Assembly (NCBI GenBank): GCA_018970485.1
Contig: JAGWWH010000003.1
Location: 20,497-84,496 of the forward strand
Reading direction: 5' to 3'
DNA length: 64,000 nt
Source: Pseudomonadota bacterium
GTDB taxonomy: Bacteria > Pseudomonadota > Alphaproteobacteria > Rickettsiales > UBA1997
Positions 8,508 through 18,680 of the stretch are shown here, piece by piece. A model generated the notes under the pieces. That model was not told the DNA's origin, did not search any database, and was given only the letters and a program-made list of their open reading frames with translations. The position numbers were made by a program, and so were the translations under genes. Within the stretch, counting starts at the first letter, position 1; the number at the start of each line of letters is the position of its first letter.

Positions 8508-9944
8508 CTAACGAGTCGTTACTTTAATGTCTTTAGAGTTCATTTGCTCCACTCCAACTCCAAAGTTATCATTAGCTCTACTTATACCAGAAAGAACAGA
8601 ATAGTTAGTAGGCTTACCCAAGCCAGCTTTGATTATAAAAGCTAAAACAGCAATTGCGCCAAGAGAGCCAAAACCAAAAAGTGATCCCTTTTCTGCTTCA
8701 GACAGTTTGTCCAAAAATCCTAGCTCTTTTGCATTTGGAGCTGAAGTTGGCTCTCCAGTTGGTGAAGATGGATTGCTAGTTGGTTGAGAAGATGGTTGAA
8801 AAGTCGGTTGACCTGATGGTGGGGAAAATGGTTGTCCACTTGGTTGTTCGCTTGGTTGTCCAGTTGGATCAGAGGTTGGGAATCCAGCTGGCTGACCACT
8901 TGGTTTTCCACTTGGTTGTACAGTTGGTTGTACAGTTGGTTTTCCACTTGGTTGTACAGTTGGTTGTACAGTTGGTTTTCCACTTGGTTGTACAGTTGGT
9001 TGTTCGCTTGGTTGTACAGTTGGTTGTACAGTTGGTTTTCCACTTGGTTGTACAGTTGGTTGTTCGCTTGGTTGTACAGTTGGTTGTTCATTTGGTTGTT
9101 CACTTGGTTGTACACTTGGTTGTACAGTTGGTTTTACAGTTGGTTGTTCGCTTGGTTGTACAGTTGGCTGACCAGTTGGTTGAGTGGTTGGATTCTTACT
9201 TGCGGTTGGTTGGTAAGTTGGTGCATTAGTTGGTTCTAAGGTTGGAACTTCAGTTGTTACACCCCCTTGTAGATTAGCACCTAAGTCTCGTCTATCTTGT
9301 TCAACTTCAAATATTATTTCTCCTCCGACTGCAAGAAACGTATCATAAACCTCATTTTTTTCATCGAAAGAAACCATGCATTTTAGTTTTGCCTCATCTC
9401 CAACTTCATATTCTTCTAATGATTTGAGGCAATATTTGGCAATATCACCAGCAGGTATTTCAGCAGTAGCAAGTTCGCTATCGCCTCCTTTGAGGATTAC
9501 ATGATTTTTATAACCCAAATTGCCAAAAACGATCACACTTCTTCCCTTCATATGATCAATCTGGGTTTCCATATCTCTTTCTTGAGAATCAGCATCAGAA
9601 GAAATGATAGTAATGGTAGTATTGGTGTCAGTATCGTAATGAATATTTGTAACTATATGTGAGCCTTCTTCACTTAAAGAGATATAAGAAGGGTTACTAA
9701 GATCGCCGTTGCCGGTCTTAGTGACGGCTTCCTGATATTTGGCAAGAAGGTTAAAAGCTAGCGATTGATCTTTAATATCGAGATCTCTAAGGCCTTCTGG
9801 AACAAGATAATCTTGAGAGCCTCCACGCAATCCTGGATTGCCCCCCGAGGTTACTACTCCGTCTTTTTGACCTTGATTAGAATAATTTTGCTGAGTGGAA
9901 GCGGCGCCAAAAACAAATGCTGCAAGTCTAGTTAGGTTTACCAT
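8508..9944 (-). CDS. surface protein: signal peptide, about 230-aa globular domain, Pro/Thr/Gln-rich repeat linker, C-terminal TM anchor
   Basis: N-terminus MVNLTRLAAFVFGAAS. Then (QPTV/QPSE/QPSG) tetrapeptide repeats. C-terminal hydrophobic segment GSLGAIAVLAFIIKAGLG with a short tail. Confidence 0.7.
   Translation of the reverse strand: MVNLTRLAAFVFGAASTQQNYSNQGQKDGVVTSGGNPGLRGGSQDYLVPEGLRDLDIKDQSLAFNLLAKYQEAVTKTGNGDLSNPSYISLSEEGSHIVTNIHYDTDTNTTITIISSDADSQERDMETQIDHMKGRSVIVFGNLGYKNHVILKGGDSELATAEIPAGDIAKYCLKSLEEYEVGDEAKLKCMVSFDEKNEVYDTFLAVGGEIIFEVEQDRRDLGANLQGGVTTEVPTLEPTNAPTYQPTASKNPTTQPTGQPTVQPSEQPTVKPTVQPSVQPSEQPNEQPTVQPSEQPTVQPSGKPTVQPTVQPSEQPTVQPSGKPTVQPTVQPSGKPTVQPTVQPSGKPSGQPAGFPTSDPTGQPSEQPSGQPFSPPSGQPTFQPSSQPTSNPSSPTGEPTSAPNAKELGFLDKLSEAEKGSLFGFGSLGAIAVLAFIIKAGLGKPTNYSVLSGISRANDNFGVGVEQMNSKDIKVTTR
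8890..9180. repeat. coding tandem repeat (12-bp subunit, 60-bp higher-order unit)
   Basis: GGTTGTACAGTT-type 12-mers. Lines 8941-9000 and 9001-9060 are nearly identical. Confidence 0.85.
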
Positions 9945-10018
9945 ATTAATATTTTGATCGTTAGTTAAGAACTTAAGAAGAAGTTAAATTTTGTTTTAAT
10001 TCAAAAAACAATCTATCC

Positions 10019-10753
10019 ATGAAAAAAATAAAACAAGAATTAGGTTTTTTTAAAACCCTCGCAATTGCTCTAATCTGCGCTGGGTTTGTGCGCTCATTTT
10101 TTTTCGAACCATTCCACATCCCATCAGGCTCGATGAAGCCAAACTTGCTTATTGGTGACTACATTTTCGTCGCTAAATACTCCTACGGCTACAGCCGCTA
10201 TTCTTTCCCATTTGGAATCAATTTTTTTGAAGGAAGATTCTGGCAAAAAAATAAGCCACAACGCGGAGATGTTGCAGTTTTCAGACTTCCTTCAAACCCA
10301 AAAATAAATTACATCAAAAGAGTAATTGGCTTACCTGGGGATCGCCTGCAAATGTTGGATGGAACTCTCTACATCAATGATAAAAAAATCGAAAAAAATG
10401 AGAATGGATCCTTTAGTGATTCTGATTCAGCGATTGAAATTAAAATTAGAAAATTTCTCGAAACCCTGCCTGAAGGCAAAAAAGTTGAGATTCTTGATCA
10501 AGCCCGAACTCCTCAGGACAACACTGGAATTTACGAAGTTCCGCAGGGTCATTATTTTATGATGGGAGATAATCGCGACAACTCACAAGATAGTCGCTAT
10601 ATTGATTTGGTTGGATACGTTCCTGAAGAAAATTTTGTTGGTCGCGCAGGAATTATTTTCTTCTCTTCATCGAAGCCAGTTTGGCAATTTTGGAATTGGC
10701 CCAAATCTATTCACGCCGAAAGAATACTAAAAAAAATTGATAAAAATGACTAA
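10019..10753 (+). CDS. lepB: signal peptidase I
   Basis: Motifs IPSGSMKPNL, RGDVAVF, KRVIGLPGD and GDNRDNSQDSR. Confidence 0.9.
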   Translation: MKKIKQELGFFKTLAIALICAGFVRSFFFEPFHIPSGSMKPNLLIGDYIFVAKYSYGYSRYSFPFGINFFEGRFWQKNKPQRGDVAVFRLPSNPKINYIKRVIGLPGDRLQMLDGTLYINDKKIEKNENGSFSDSDSAIEIKIRKFLETLPEGKKVEILDQARTPQDNTGIYEVPQGHYFMMGDNRDNSQDSRYIDLVGYVPEENFVGRAGIIFFSSSKPVWQFWNWPKSIHAERILKKIDKND

Positions 10754-11906
10754 AAATTCTTCAGACTCTGCACTAGAATCTTTTCTCTCTAAGCTAGAAG
10801 AGCCAAAGCCCGAAGAAATAAAAATAGAGAATTCCTCTCAAAGGAAAAATGAGAAAATCAGCTTTGCTGGAAATGTTGTTGAAATTGCTAGAGAGGAGAT
10901 CGGAAGAAACTCAAAATTACCAAATTCTACAGCCGAACATTTTGATGATGTTGGCATAAAAAATCTCTTTCTTCTAAGGAAGGCTTCACAAATTTTTTCT
11001 GAGAATTTTTTCACATTTTGCCGAGTTAATTTCGTTATTACTTCGATATTTTTACTGTCGATTTTTGCCCTAATCTTTTGGCAGTCATCCTTGGTTCCGA
11101 ATCTCAATTTTATCCTACAAAATCATCAGAAAGATTATGATTTAATCGCCATATCTATTTTAATTTCTTGGATCTTCTTTTCTTGGCTCAGAGCCTCTTA
11201 TTCAGACATCTCTTCAAACTATTTTGAAGATAAAAATTCCTACTCTCCAATATTCTTTGGGGCCAAAAAATTGTTCTCTTTTTTAGTGTTGGAAATGATG
11301 CAGATCGTTCTGCTTTTGATTGGCTTTTTATTGTTATTTTTAGCGCCATTTTTTGGTGCTCGTTACTTCCTTTCTTTGCCAGTAATGATCGAAAACGATA
11401 ATGATTCTATCTCATCCATGCTAATCAGCGCCAAACTAAGTGAATTATGGATGATTAAAGTGATGAGCTCGATGATATTTATCAGTTTTTTTGTCATTTC
11501 CTCCGTATTCTTTCTTTACTTCTACCTTAGCGAATTAATCAGTGATCGACTGATCTTATTGTCGCTCATTTTCTTTATTTTTAGCTTCTTCTTGCTGCCG
11601 ATTCACTCCTGTTTTCGCTTCGTTTTGTATAAAAAATTACAGTCTCTAACCAAGGTCGATACTTCAGAAGAATTTTCTACAGAAAGAAAAATGTTTTTTG
11701 TGATTTCTCGTTTCACCTTCTTGCTTGTAATCACATCTTCTCTGGCATTTTTCTTCACATCTTTAACAACAATTATTTTTAACGAAAATTCTAACCTCAA
11801 AGCCTTACTTTCAGTTAATGAATTGATGAATATCAGCGGGTTATCTTCTTTTTTTGAAAACTTGCTGGATACAACAAGACATTATCCCGCAGCTACCAAC
11901 AACTAA
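10746..11906 (+). CDS. hypothetical multi-pass membrane protein
   Basis: Long ORF with an N-terminal soluble part of about 90 aa and at least 6 hydrophobic segments. No family recognised. Its 3' end overlaps the convergent bcr by about 66 nt. Confidence 0.5.
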   Translation: MTKNSSDSALESFLSKLEEPKPEEIKIENSSQRKNEKISFAGNVVEIAREEIGRNSKLPNSTAEHFDDVGIKNLFLLRKASQIFSENFFTFCRVNFVITSIFLLSIFALIFWQSSLVPNLNFILQNHQKDYDLIAISILISWIFFSWLRASYSDISSNYFEDKNSYSPIFFGAKKLFSFLVLEMMQIVLLLIGFLLLFLAPFFGARYFLSLPVMIENDNDSISSMLISAKLSELWMIKVMSSMIFISFFVISSVFFLYFYLSELISDRLILLSLIFFIFSFFLLPIHSCFRFVLYKKLQSLTKVDTSEEFSTERKMFFVISRFTFLLVITSSLAFFFTSLTTIIFNENSNLKALLSVNELMNISGLSSFFENLLDTTRHYPAATNN

Positions 11907-13013
11907 AGCCACGAAAGTCACATTTCCTTCGCTAAATTTACTCACCAAAAAAGAAGTAATCGCGGCCAAGCCAAATTGAATCGTTCCAAGTAATGCCGAC
12001 GCAGATCCACTATGCTCACCCTGATTTGTAAGCGCAGAAGCCCCAACGTTTGGAAAAACCATTCCGCAGCTAAAAAGAAAAAGAGAAAAAAGTAAGGTCA
12101 TGACCCAAAAATTGGCTGGGCAAAATATAAGTGCGACTCCGATACAGAAAGGAAGGATAACAATTTTTCTAAGCAACGGCTCTAACGAATATTTTTTTAG
12201 CAAATAAGCGTTGATCTGCGAAGCGATGACAAAACCAATCGCGTTAAGGGAAAAAATTAATCCATAATAACGCGAAGAAAGTTCAAAAAAATCTAAATAA
12301 ATTGCTGGAGATCCAGTCACGTAAGCAAAAAGACCTCCTGTCATTAAACCGCCGCTAAGAGCGCTAGTAGTGAATTTGCGATCGCGTAAAATTTTCCAGT
12401 ATCGCGGAAAAGTTTGAGAAATTTTTTCTCTTTTATTTGCACCTTTAGTCTCTGGAACCGCAAAACGAGCTATCAATAAACAAAAAAGTGAGAAGAGGCC
12501 AAGAAAAGCAAAAATCGCTCTCCAGCCAAATTGTTCGAGTAAAAAATTTCCAATTAGTGGCGCCAAAATTGGCGCAATTCCTATCACCAAAATCAGATGA
12601 GAAGAAACTCGCGCCGATTCTTGTGGCGAAAAAATATCTCGCACGATCGCACGCGGAATCACCATTCCAGAGCATGCACCAATAGCTTGAAAAAAACGCA
12701 ATATCACCATTTGTTCGATGTTGGTGCAATAGTAACAACCGATTGAAGCGATGGCGAAAAGACTAAGCCCGAGAAATAATGGCAACTTTTTTCCAAATCG
12801 ATCGACGATTGGACCGTAAAGAAGCTGGCCAAAAGTAATGCCAAGAAAATAACTCGTCAGAGAAAGTTGGAGCATCTTCTCAGACGATCCAAAATCAGCG
12901 CCAATAGCATTAAAGGCTGGCAAATAAATATCGATTGTCAGCGGCCCGATAGCAATTATTCCCCCGAGAATCAGGATAAGAAAAACGAGATCTTTTTTAT
13001 TTTGAGGTCGCAT
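11841..13013 (-). CDS. Bcr/CflA family MFS drug efflux transporter
   Basis: 12-TM MFS protein with a typical Bcr/CflA N-terminal pattern (PLTIDIYLPAF...). First ATG (Met8) chosen as start. Confidence 0.85.
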   Translation of the reverse strand: MRPQNKKDLVFLILILGGIIAIGPLTIDIYLPAFNAIGADFGSSEKMLQLSLTSYFLGITFGQLLYGPIVDRFGKKLPLFLGLSLFAIASIGCYYCTNIEQMVILRFFQAIGACSGMVIPRAIVRDIFSPQESARVSSHLILVIGIAPILAPLIGNFLLEQFGWRAIFAFLGLFSLFCLLIARFAVPETKGANKREKISQTFPRYWKILRDRKFTTSALSGGLMTGGLFAYVTGSPAIYLDFFELSSRYYGLIFSLNAIGFVIASQINAYLLKKYSLEPLLRKIVILPFCIGVALIFCPANFWVMTLLFSLFLFSCGMVFPNVGASALTNQGEHSGSASALLGTIQFGLAAITSFLVSKFSEGNVTFVALVVGSCGIMSCCIQQVFKKRR

Positions 13014-13131
13014 CTGGTTTTGATTTGATAGCAAACGAAGCTGTGAATTTTACGAATTCGTACGATGATTTATAACCCTTCTTTCCGCTCAAAATTATCT
13101 GCCATATTTTTACCGCAAATCTTGGCAAAAA

Positions 13132-14283
13132 TTAGATCAGTTTGATATTTCCATAATCAACATCGCGATGATATTTTTTCTTGGTAAAGGCGAGAATTAA
13201 GCCAAAACAAATCGACATCGAAACCATAGAAGAGCCCCCGTAACTAATGAATGGAAGGGTCATTCCTTTTGTTGGTAAAAGACTCATGCTTACACCAACA
13301 TTAACCATAACTTGCATCGCAAACTGCATCATTAAACCACAGAGAGCGAGATAGGAAAACATATCATCTTCATCCAAAGCGTACTTGACGATACGCGTGA
13401 TAAAATAGACGAAAACTAACAGCAAAAAGATGCAGGAAAGAACTCCAAATTCTTCACCAATAACCGCAAAAATAAAATCAGTGTGAGCATCAGGAATGTA
13501 TTTTTTTACTACGCCATTACCTGGACCAGTACCAAAAAATGAACCGTTAACAAAGGCATCGATAGACCTTTCAACTTGATAATTTTTTTCACCTGAATCG
13601 AGAAATCTGTTAATTCGATCCTCAACGTGAGGAAATGTAAGATAAGCTCCAATACCACCAACCACAGCAAAACAACCCAAAGTTATGATAAGCATAACGG
13701 GTAATCCATAAACAAAAAGCTGCGCAGCCCACAAAACTGTAAAAGTCAGAGTCATTCCAAAATCTGGCTGAAGTAGCAGTAGGCAAGCAATCGACAAAAG
13801 TAGGGTTGCAGAAATTCCATATTTTATGCGCCAATTTTCTGCGGAAAAACGCTGTAACAAAAAAGCGTTTACAACGATAAAAAATGTCTTGGCGAATTCA
13901 GATGGCTGTAGAGCAAATCCAAATAACGAAACCCATCTTTTTGCTCCCTTAATCTCAACTCCGCGAATCAAAACTAATAACAAAAGGAGAACAGAAACTC
14001 CTAAACCAACAAGAGCGAGAATCTTTATTTTATCGTGATCGAGAAGGGATATTGCCACCAACATCAACAAGGCCACAAAAGCAAAAATCAGCTGTTTTTT
14101 TAAAAAGAAAAACTTGTCGACCTCAATGCGTTTAGCAATAGCTGGACTAGCGCTAGCGATCATCATCAGTCCAAAAAACATGATACTGATGATCAAAAAA
14201 AAATTAATTTTGTCGACGTCAAGCCACCATTTTTTAAAAAAATTCAAGTAACGACGATCGAAGAGCTGATTGACTCTATCCAT
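13132..14283 (-). CDS. ftsW: SEDS family peptidoglycan glycosyltransferase, FtsW-like
   Basis: Motifs PDAHTDFIFAVIGEEFG and LPTKGMTLPFISYGGSS. The TKG form is more FtsW-like than RodA-like. Confidence 0.8.
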   Translation of the reverse strand: MDRVNQLFDRRYLNFFKKWWLDVDKINFFLIISIMFFGLMMIASASPAIAKRIEVDKFFFLKKQLIFAFVALLMLVAISLLDHDKIKILALVGLGVSVLLLLLVLIRGVEIKGAKRWVSLFGFALQPSEFAKTFFIVVNAFLLQRFSAENWRIKYGISATLLLSIACLLLLQPDFGMTLTFTVLWAAQLFVYGLPVMLIITLGCFAVVGGIGAYLTFPHVEDRINRFLDSGEKNYQVERSIDAFVNGSFFGTGPGNGVVKKYIPDAHTDFIFAVIGEEFGVLSCIFLLLVFVYFITRIVKYALDEDDMFSYLALCGLMMQFAMQVMVNVGVSMSLLPTKGMTLPFISYGGSSMVSMSICFGLILAFTKKKYHRDVDYGNIKLI

Positions 14284-14344
14284 TGTTTGAGATTTAGAAT
14301 TCAGATTTAATGATTCGCAGATCCTAAACCTTACTTTTTAAATA

Positions 14345-15733
14345 ATGAAAAATTCCTCCAACAAGATGTGGGGCGGAAGATTTGATGCCAAGCCGTCTGA
14401 TCTGATGCAAGAAATCAATCAATCTATTACTTTTGATAAAAAGCTCTACAGCCAAGATATTCAAGGCTCGAAAGCACATGCAAAAATGCTCGCTAAGGTT
14501 GGAGTAATAACAAAATCTGAATCAGAAAAAATTATTTCCGGACTAAAAAAAGTCGAAAAAGAAATCGAAAACGATGACTTCAATTTCAAAATCGAGCTCG
14601 AAGATATTCACATGAATATCGAATCGCGCTTGCGCGAAATTATTGGAGACGTGGCTGGGAAACTACACACCGCACGCTCTCGCAATGATCAAGTAGCAAC
14701 AGATTTTCGTCTTTTTGTGCGCGATGATATTGATGACGCGTTAAAATTAATTTCTGCTTTGCAAAAGAATTTGATCGAAAAAGCAGAGGAAAATTTCGGC
14801 GTGATTCTTCCCGGATTCACGCATTTGCAGGTCGCACAGCCTGTTTTATTTTCGCATCACTTGCTTGCTTATTTTGAAATGTTCAAACGCGATACATCGC
14901 GACTCCTTGATCTACGCACTCGCATGAACGAATGTCCTCTTGGCGCTTGCGCCTTGGCTGGCACTTCTTTCCCAATTGATCGCAACTTCACCGCAAAAGA
15001 ATTAGGATTTTCTAAACCCACTGCGAACTCAATGGATTCAGTATCTGATCGCGATTTCGCCATCGAATATTTATTTTGTCTTTCTTTGATCGCGACTCAT
15101 CTTTCACGCTTCGCCGAAGAAATTGTGATTTGGATGAGCAAGGGTTTTGAATTTATAAAACTCTCGGACGCCTTTACCTCCGGCTCTTCGATCATGCCAC
15201 AAAAGAAAAATCCTGATGCTGCCGAACTAGTGCGCGGAAAAACCGGTAGAATTTTTGGATCATTAATTTCGCTTTTGACCACCATCAAGGGGCTTACTCT
15301 CACCTACTCTAAAGATATGCAGGAAGATAAAGAGCCGGTTTTTGATGCTTCAAAAAATACCAAACTTTGCCTGCGCGCAATTTCTGGAATGATCAAAGAC
15401 ATGAAAGTGAATGAAGATAAAATGATGCAAATGGCTCAAAGTGGCTATTCGACTGCAACCGACTTGGCTGATTGGTTAGTAAAAAATCTTAAAATGCCTT
15501 TTCGCGATGCCCATCATGTGACGGGAATGATTGTTAAAATTGCTGAAAATAAAGGTTTGGATTTACACGAATTAAAACTTTCTGAAATACAAAAAGTTGA
15601 GAAAAAAATTACTGCAAAAATTTTCGATGTTCTTGCAGTAGAAAATTCTGTGGCCAGTCGTACCAGTATTGGTGGTACTTCACAGGTGAGAGTTAAAGAA
15701 GAAATCGCGAAGGCAAAGAAGTATCTTTACTAG
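14345..15733 (+). CDS. argH: argininosuccinate lyase
   Basis: MWGGRFD start and the fumarate-lyase signature GSSIMPQKKNPD. Confidence 0.95.
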   Translation: MKNSSNKMWGGRFDAKPSDLMQEINQSITFDKKLYSQDIQGSKAHAKMLAKVGVITKSESEKIISGLKKVEKEIENDDFNFKIELEDIHMNIESRLREIIGDVAGKLHTARSRNDQVATDFRLFVRDDIDDALKLISALQKNLIEKAEENFGVILPGFTHLQVAQPVLFSHHLLAYFEMFKRDTSRLLDLRTRMNECPLGACALAGTSFPIDRNFTAKELGFSKPTANSMDSVSDRDFAIEYLFCLSLIATHLSRFAEEIVIWMSKGFEFIKLSDAFTSGSSIMPQKKNPDAAELVRGKTGRIFGSLISLLTTIKGLTLTYSKDMQEDKEPVFDASKNTKLCLRAISGMIKDMKVNEDKMMQMAQSGYSTATDLADWLVKNLKMPFRDAHHVTGMIVKIAENKGLDLHELKLSEIQKVEKKITAKIFDVLAVENSVASRTSIGGTSQVRVKEEIAKAKKYLY

Positions 15734-15763
15734 ATTCTGCCCAACAAAATAACTCGACTTGAA

Positions 15764-15901
15764 ATGAAATTAAAAAAATCACTCTGCTTAATTTTGATCA
15801 CAATCTTTGCCCTCGCCAACTGCGGTAAGAAAGGTCCGCTAAAACATCTAGAAGAAACAAAACGTCCGAGATTCGATAATGTAATCGACGAAAGTGACTA
15901 G
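15764..15901 (+). CDS. small lipoprotein, LptM (YifL)-like
   Basis: 45-aa ORF below the track cutoff: MKLKKSLCLILITIFALANCGKKGPLKHLEE... It has a lipobox LANC followed by GKKGPL, as in the LptM/YifL family often found next to argH/lysA. Confidence 0.55.
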   Translation: MKLKKSLCLILITIFALANCGKKGPLKHLEETKRPRFDNVIDESD

Positions 15902-15904
15902 ATC

Positions 15905-16783
15905 ATGAATACTAAATTAATCGGCTTCGACTCAACAAAATCAAACCTCCTAGCTTCTTATCAAAATAATAAACTACCTCACGCGATTTTAATTCTTGGA
16001 AAAAAAGGAATTGGAAAAGCCACCTTCGCACGCGATTTCGCAATGCAGATTACCAAATCTAATTCTGATATTTTAGTGGTCGAAAAAGAGGCGGAAAAAA
16101 GAGAGATTGGTGTCGAAAAAATTCGCAATATCAAAGATTTTGTTAATCAAACTTCGGCTTTTTCCGAAGATAAATTTATTATTATCGATTCAGCTTGCGA
16201 GCTTACCAGATCTGCCGCCAACTCACTTTTAAAAATTCTCGAAGAACCGCGTCCTAACAATTTTATTGTTCTCGTTGCTCATAATTTGCATCGCGTTTTA
16301 CCGACTATTCGCTCTCGTTGTCGAATCGTAAGAATTTCTGATTTGTCGCACGAAGATTTTGTTAAAATTGTAAAAAACGATGCCGATTTTCTTGCTGAGA
16401 TTTGCGACAATTCTCCTGCTACAGCTCTCAGCCTAGGAGCAGATTTATCTAGGTTTTACGCCTTATTTCTTCGCTCAATTTTAAACCAAAAAATCAGCGA
16501 AGAGTTACTTAAAAAAGTTGCTGACAAAAATTACTCTTCGCAAATCACCGAAAAATCCTGCGAGTTTTTTTTTAGTCGTTTAATGAAATTTTTCTGTGGC
16601 GTAGAGCCAAAATTTTTTTTCGAAGAAGAGAAAGTTTTTTTAACTCTTAAGCAAAAATTATCTGCCGAAAAAATTTTTAAAATCTGCGACGAGAGCTTGT
16701 TATTATTGAATAAAACACAATCACTTCACCTCGATAAAAAACTAACTTTGATCAATATTTTTAATCACTTTGTAAATGACTAG
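15905..16783 (+). CDS. holB: DNA polymerase III delta-prime subunit
   Basis: Motifs HAILILGKKGIGK, LLKILEEP and TIRSRC. Confidence 0.85.
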   Translation: MNTKLIGFDSTKSNLLASYQNNKLPHAILILGKKGIGKATFARDFAMQITKSNSDILVVEKEAEKREIGVEKIRNIKDFVNQTSAFSEDKFIIIDSACELTRSAANSLLKILEEPRPNNFIVLVAHNLHRVLPTIRSRCRIVRISDLSHEDFVKIVKNDADFLAEICDNSPATALSLGADLSRFYALFLRSILNQKISEELLKKVADKNYSSQITEKSCEFFFSRLMKFFCGVEPKFFFEEEKVFLTLKQKLSAEKIFKICDESLLLLNKTQSLHLDKKLTLINIFNHFVND

Positions 16784-17870
16784 AACATACAAAAGCATCG
16801 GCTTGATGAGTGGCACATCAATGGATGGTGTTGATCTAGCGATGATCGAAAGCGATGGAGAAAATTTAATTAAACGTCACTCAAATTTTTTGCACTTGCC
16901 TTACGAGCAAGATTTTAAAATCCGGCTGCGCAGCTTGATTCACAGCGACTCATCTCTTTTGCGAATCAAACAAATAGAGAATGAATTGACCATAATTCAT
17001 GCTGATTTGGTGAATAAATTTCTCACAAAAAATAAAATCAAACCGAGCGAAATAGACTTAATTGGCTTTCACGGACACACGATTCTCCACAATCCAAAAC
17101 AACAAATAACTTGGCAGCTTGGTAATGCTCAACTTCTTGCTCATAAAGTCGGAATCAATGTCATCGCCGATTTCCGTAGTAACGATGTGATTCTTGGCGG
17201 CCAAGGCGCTCCTCTTGTACCAATTTATCATTATCATCTATTTCACGATCAATCTCGTCCAACAGCAGCGCTAAATATTGGGGGCATTTCCAACATTACT
17301 TATTTTGCTAGTAATGAAAAAAGTATCGAAGCCTTCGACGTTTGTTTTGGTAACGCTCCTTTTGATGATTTAGTGAAAGAAAAACTTGGTCACGATTTTG
17401 ATGAAAATGGAAAACTCAGCAAGTTGGGAAATGCTGATTTATCTATCTCCAATCAAATTCTGCAGAACAAAATTTTTCACGCTAAACCGCCAAAATCTTT
17501 TGATCGCGACGATTTTATTAGTGTTCTTACTCCTGTCACCAAACTCAAAATTGAAGATGCACTAGCAACTTTTGCTTACATCCACGCTCGCGCAGTCTCA
17601 ATTAACCTCGATTTTTTTCCTACCAAACCAAAAGAAATTTTAGTTTGTGGTGGTGGCAGAAAAAATAATGCGATTATCGACGAGATGAGAAATTGCCTCA
17701 CTGGGATCGATATAAAATCCACAGAGGAAGTTGGTATTAATGGAGATTTTGTTGAGGCTGAGGCCTTCGCATTCTTGGCGATTCGTAGCTTACTTGGTTT
17801 GCCAATTAGCTTTAAAAACACTACCGGCGTCTCCGTCCCATCTTGCGGCGGAGTTATTTACAAATTTTGA
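16776..17870 (+). CDS. anmK: anhydro-N-acetylmuramic acid kinase
   Basis: GLMSGTSMDGVD N-terminus and full-length family pattern. Confidence 0.9.
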   Translation: MTRTYKSIGLMSGTSMDGVDLAMIESDGENLIKRHSNFLHLPYEQDFKIRLRSLIHSDSSLLRIKQIENELTIIHADLVNKFLTKNKIKPSEIDLIGFHGHTILHNPKQQITWQLGNAQLLAHKVGINVIADFRSNDVILGGQGAPLVPIYHYHLFHDQSRPTAALNIGGISNITYFASNEKSIEAFDVCFGNAPFDDLVKEKLGHDFDENGKLSKLGNADLSISNQILQNKIFHAKPPKSFDRDDFISVLTPVTKLKIEDALATFAYIHARAVSINLDFFPTKPKEILVCGGGRKNNAIIDEMRNCLTGIDIKSTEEVGINGDFVEAEAFAFLAIRSLLGLPISFKNTTGVSVPSCGGVIYKF

Positions 17871-18679
17871 TTGCAGTGAATGCCAAATTGTTCGCGAATT
17901 ATTCTTTCTTGCAGAGATCTATCCGCATCAAAAAGCAGTTTAAAGGCAATTGAGCGATCTTCAAAAATTTCGACTTCCTTCACATCTCGAACCTCGATTG
18001 AATCCGCTGTGGCGCTAACTTGACGAGATTCACTTTCTAAAATAGTGAATTTGATTTTGCTGTTTACTGGCAAAAGCGCACCATTCCAGTTACGCGGACG
18101 AAATGGACTTATTGGAGTCAGCGCCAAAATTTTTGCATCAAAAGGAATAATTGGACCACCCGCTGAAAAATTGTAAGCAGTGCTTCCAGCGGCAGTTGCA
18201 ACTAGAACTCCATCGGCAGCAAGAGAGGCTACTCGTTCTTGATCGTTGATCTCAATTTTGATTTTGGCGATTTGGCTAGTTTGACGAAGTAATGAAACTT
18301 CGTTAATCGCAATATGCAGGTGTTGCTTTCCTGACTTATCGATCACTTTCATGCTTAGAGGATGAAGCGTCGTTGACTCTGCATTAGCAAGATTTTCTAA
18401 GAAATTTTCTGGATTAAATGAATTCATCAAAAACCCAACTGTTCCACAATTAATGCCGTAAATCGGTAGCGGATTTCTTCCAAATTCATGCAAAATATTA
18501 AGCATCAAACCATCGCCGCCAATGGCGATTACCTTTTCTATTCCATCCAAATTTTTGTCCCAAGAGTTTTTGTGAATTGAGCTAAGATCTTTGAAGCCGA
18601 ACTTCTTTACCAAAAAAAGTTTTTTTGCTTCAGCATCGCGATTATTATTAGCAGCGATTACGACGATCTTATCAGTCAT
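17858..18679 (-). CDS. nadK: NAD kinase
   Basis: Motifs GGDGLML and NEVS...DGVLVATAAGSTAY. Start set at Met18, 1 nt after the upstream stop. Confidence 0.85.
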   Translation of the reverse strand: MTDKIVVIAANNNRDAEAKKLFLVKKFGFKDLSSIHKNSWDKNLDGIEKVIAIGGDGLMLNILHEFGRNPLPIYGINCGTVGFLMNSFNPENFLENLANAESTTLHPLSMKVIDKSGKQHLHIAINEVSLLRQTSQIAKIKIEINDQERVASLAADGVLVATAAGSTAYNFSAGGPIIPFDAKILALTPISPFRPRNWNGALLPVNSKIKFTILESESRQVSATADSIEVRDVKEVEIFEDRSIAFKLLFDADRSLQERIIREQFGIHCNQNL

Positions 18680-18680
18680 C

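Noticed and set aside
8720-9239. Three long ORFs (8720..9115 minus, 8780..9229 plus, 8832..9239 plus) overlapping the surface-protein gene
   Set aside because: They lie entirely inside the 12-bp tandem repeat and translate to monotonous LV/WL/NQ strings. This open-in-all-frames pattern is an artefact of the repeat. Only the 8508..9944 frame has non-repetitive flanking domains.
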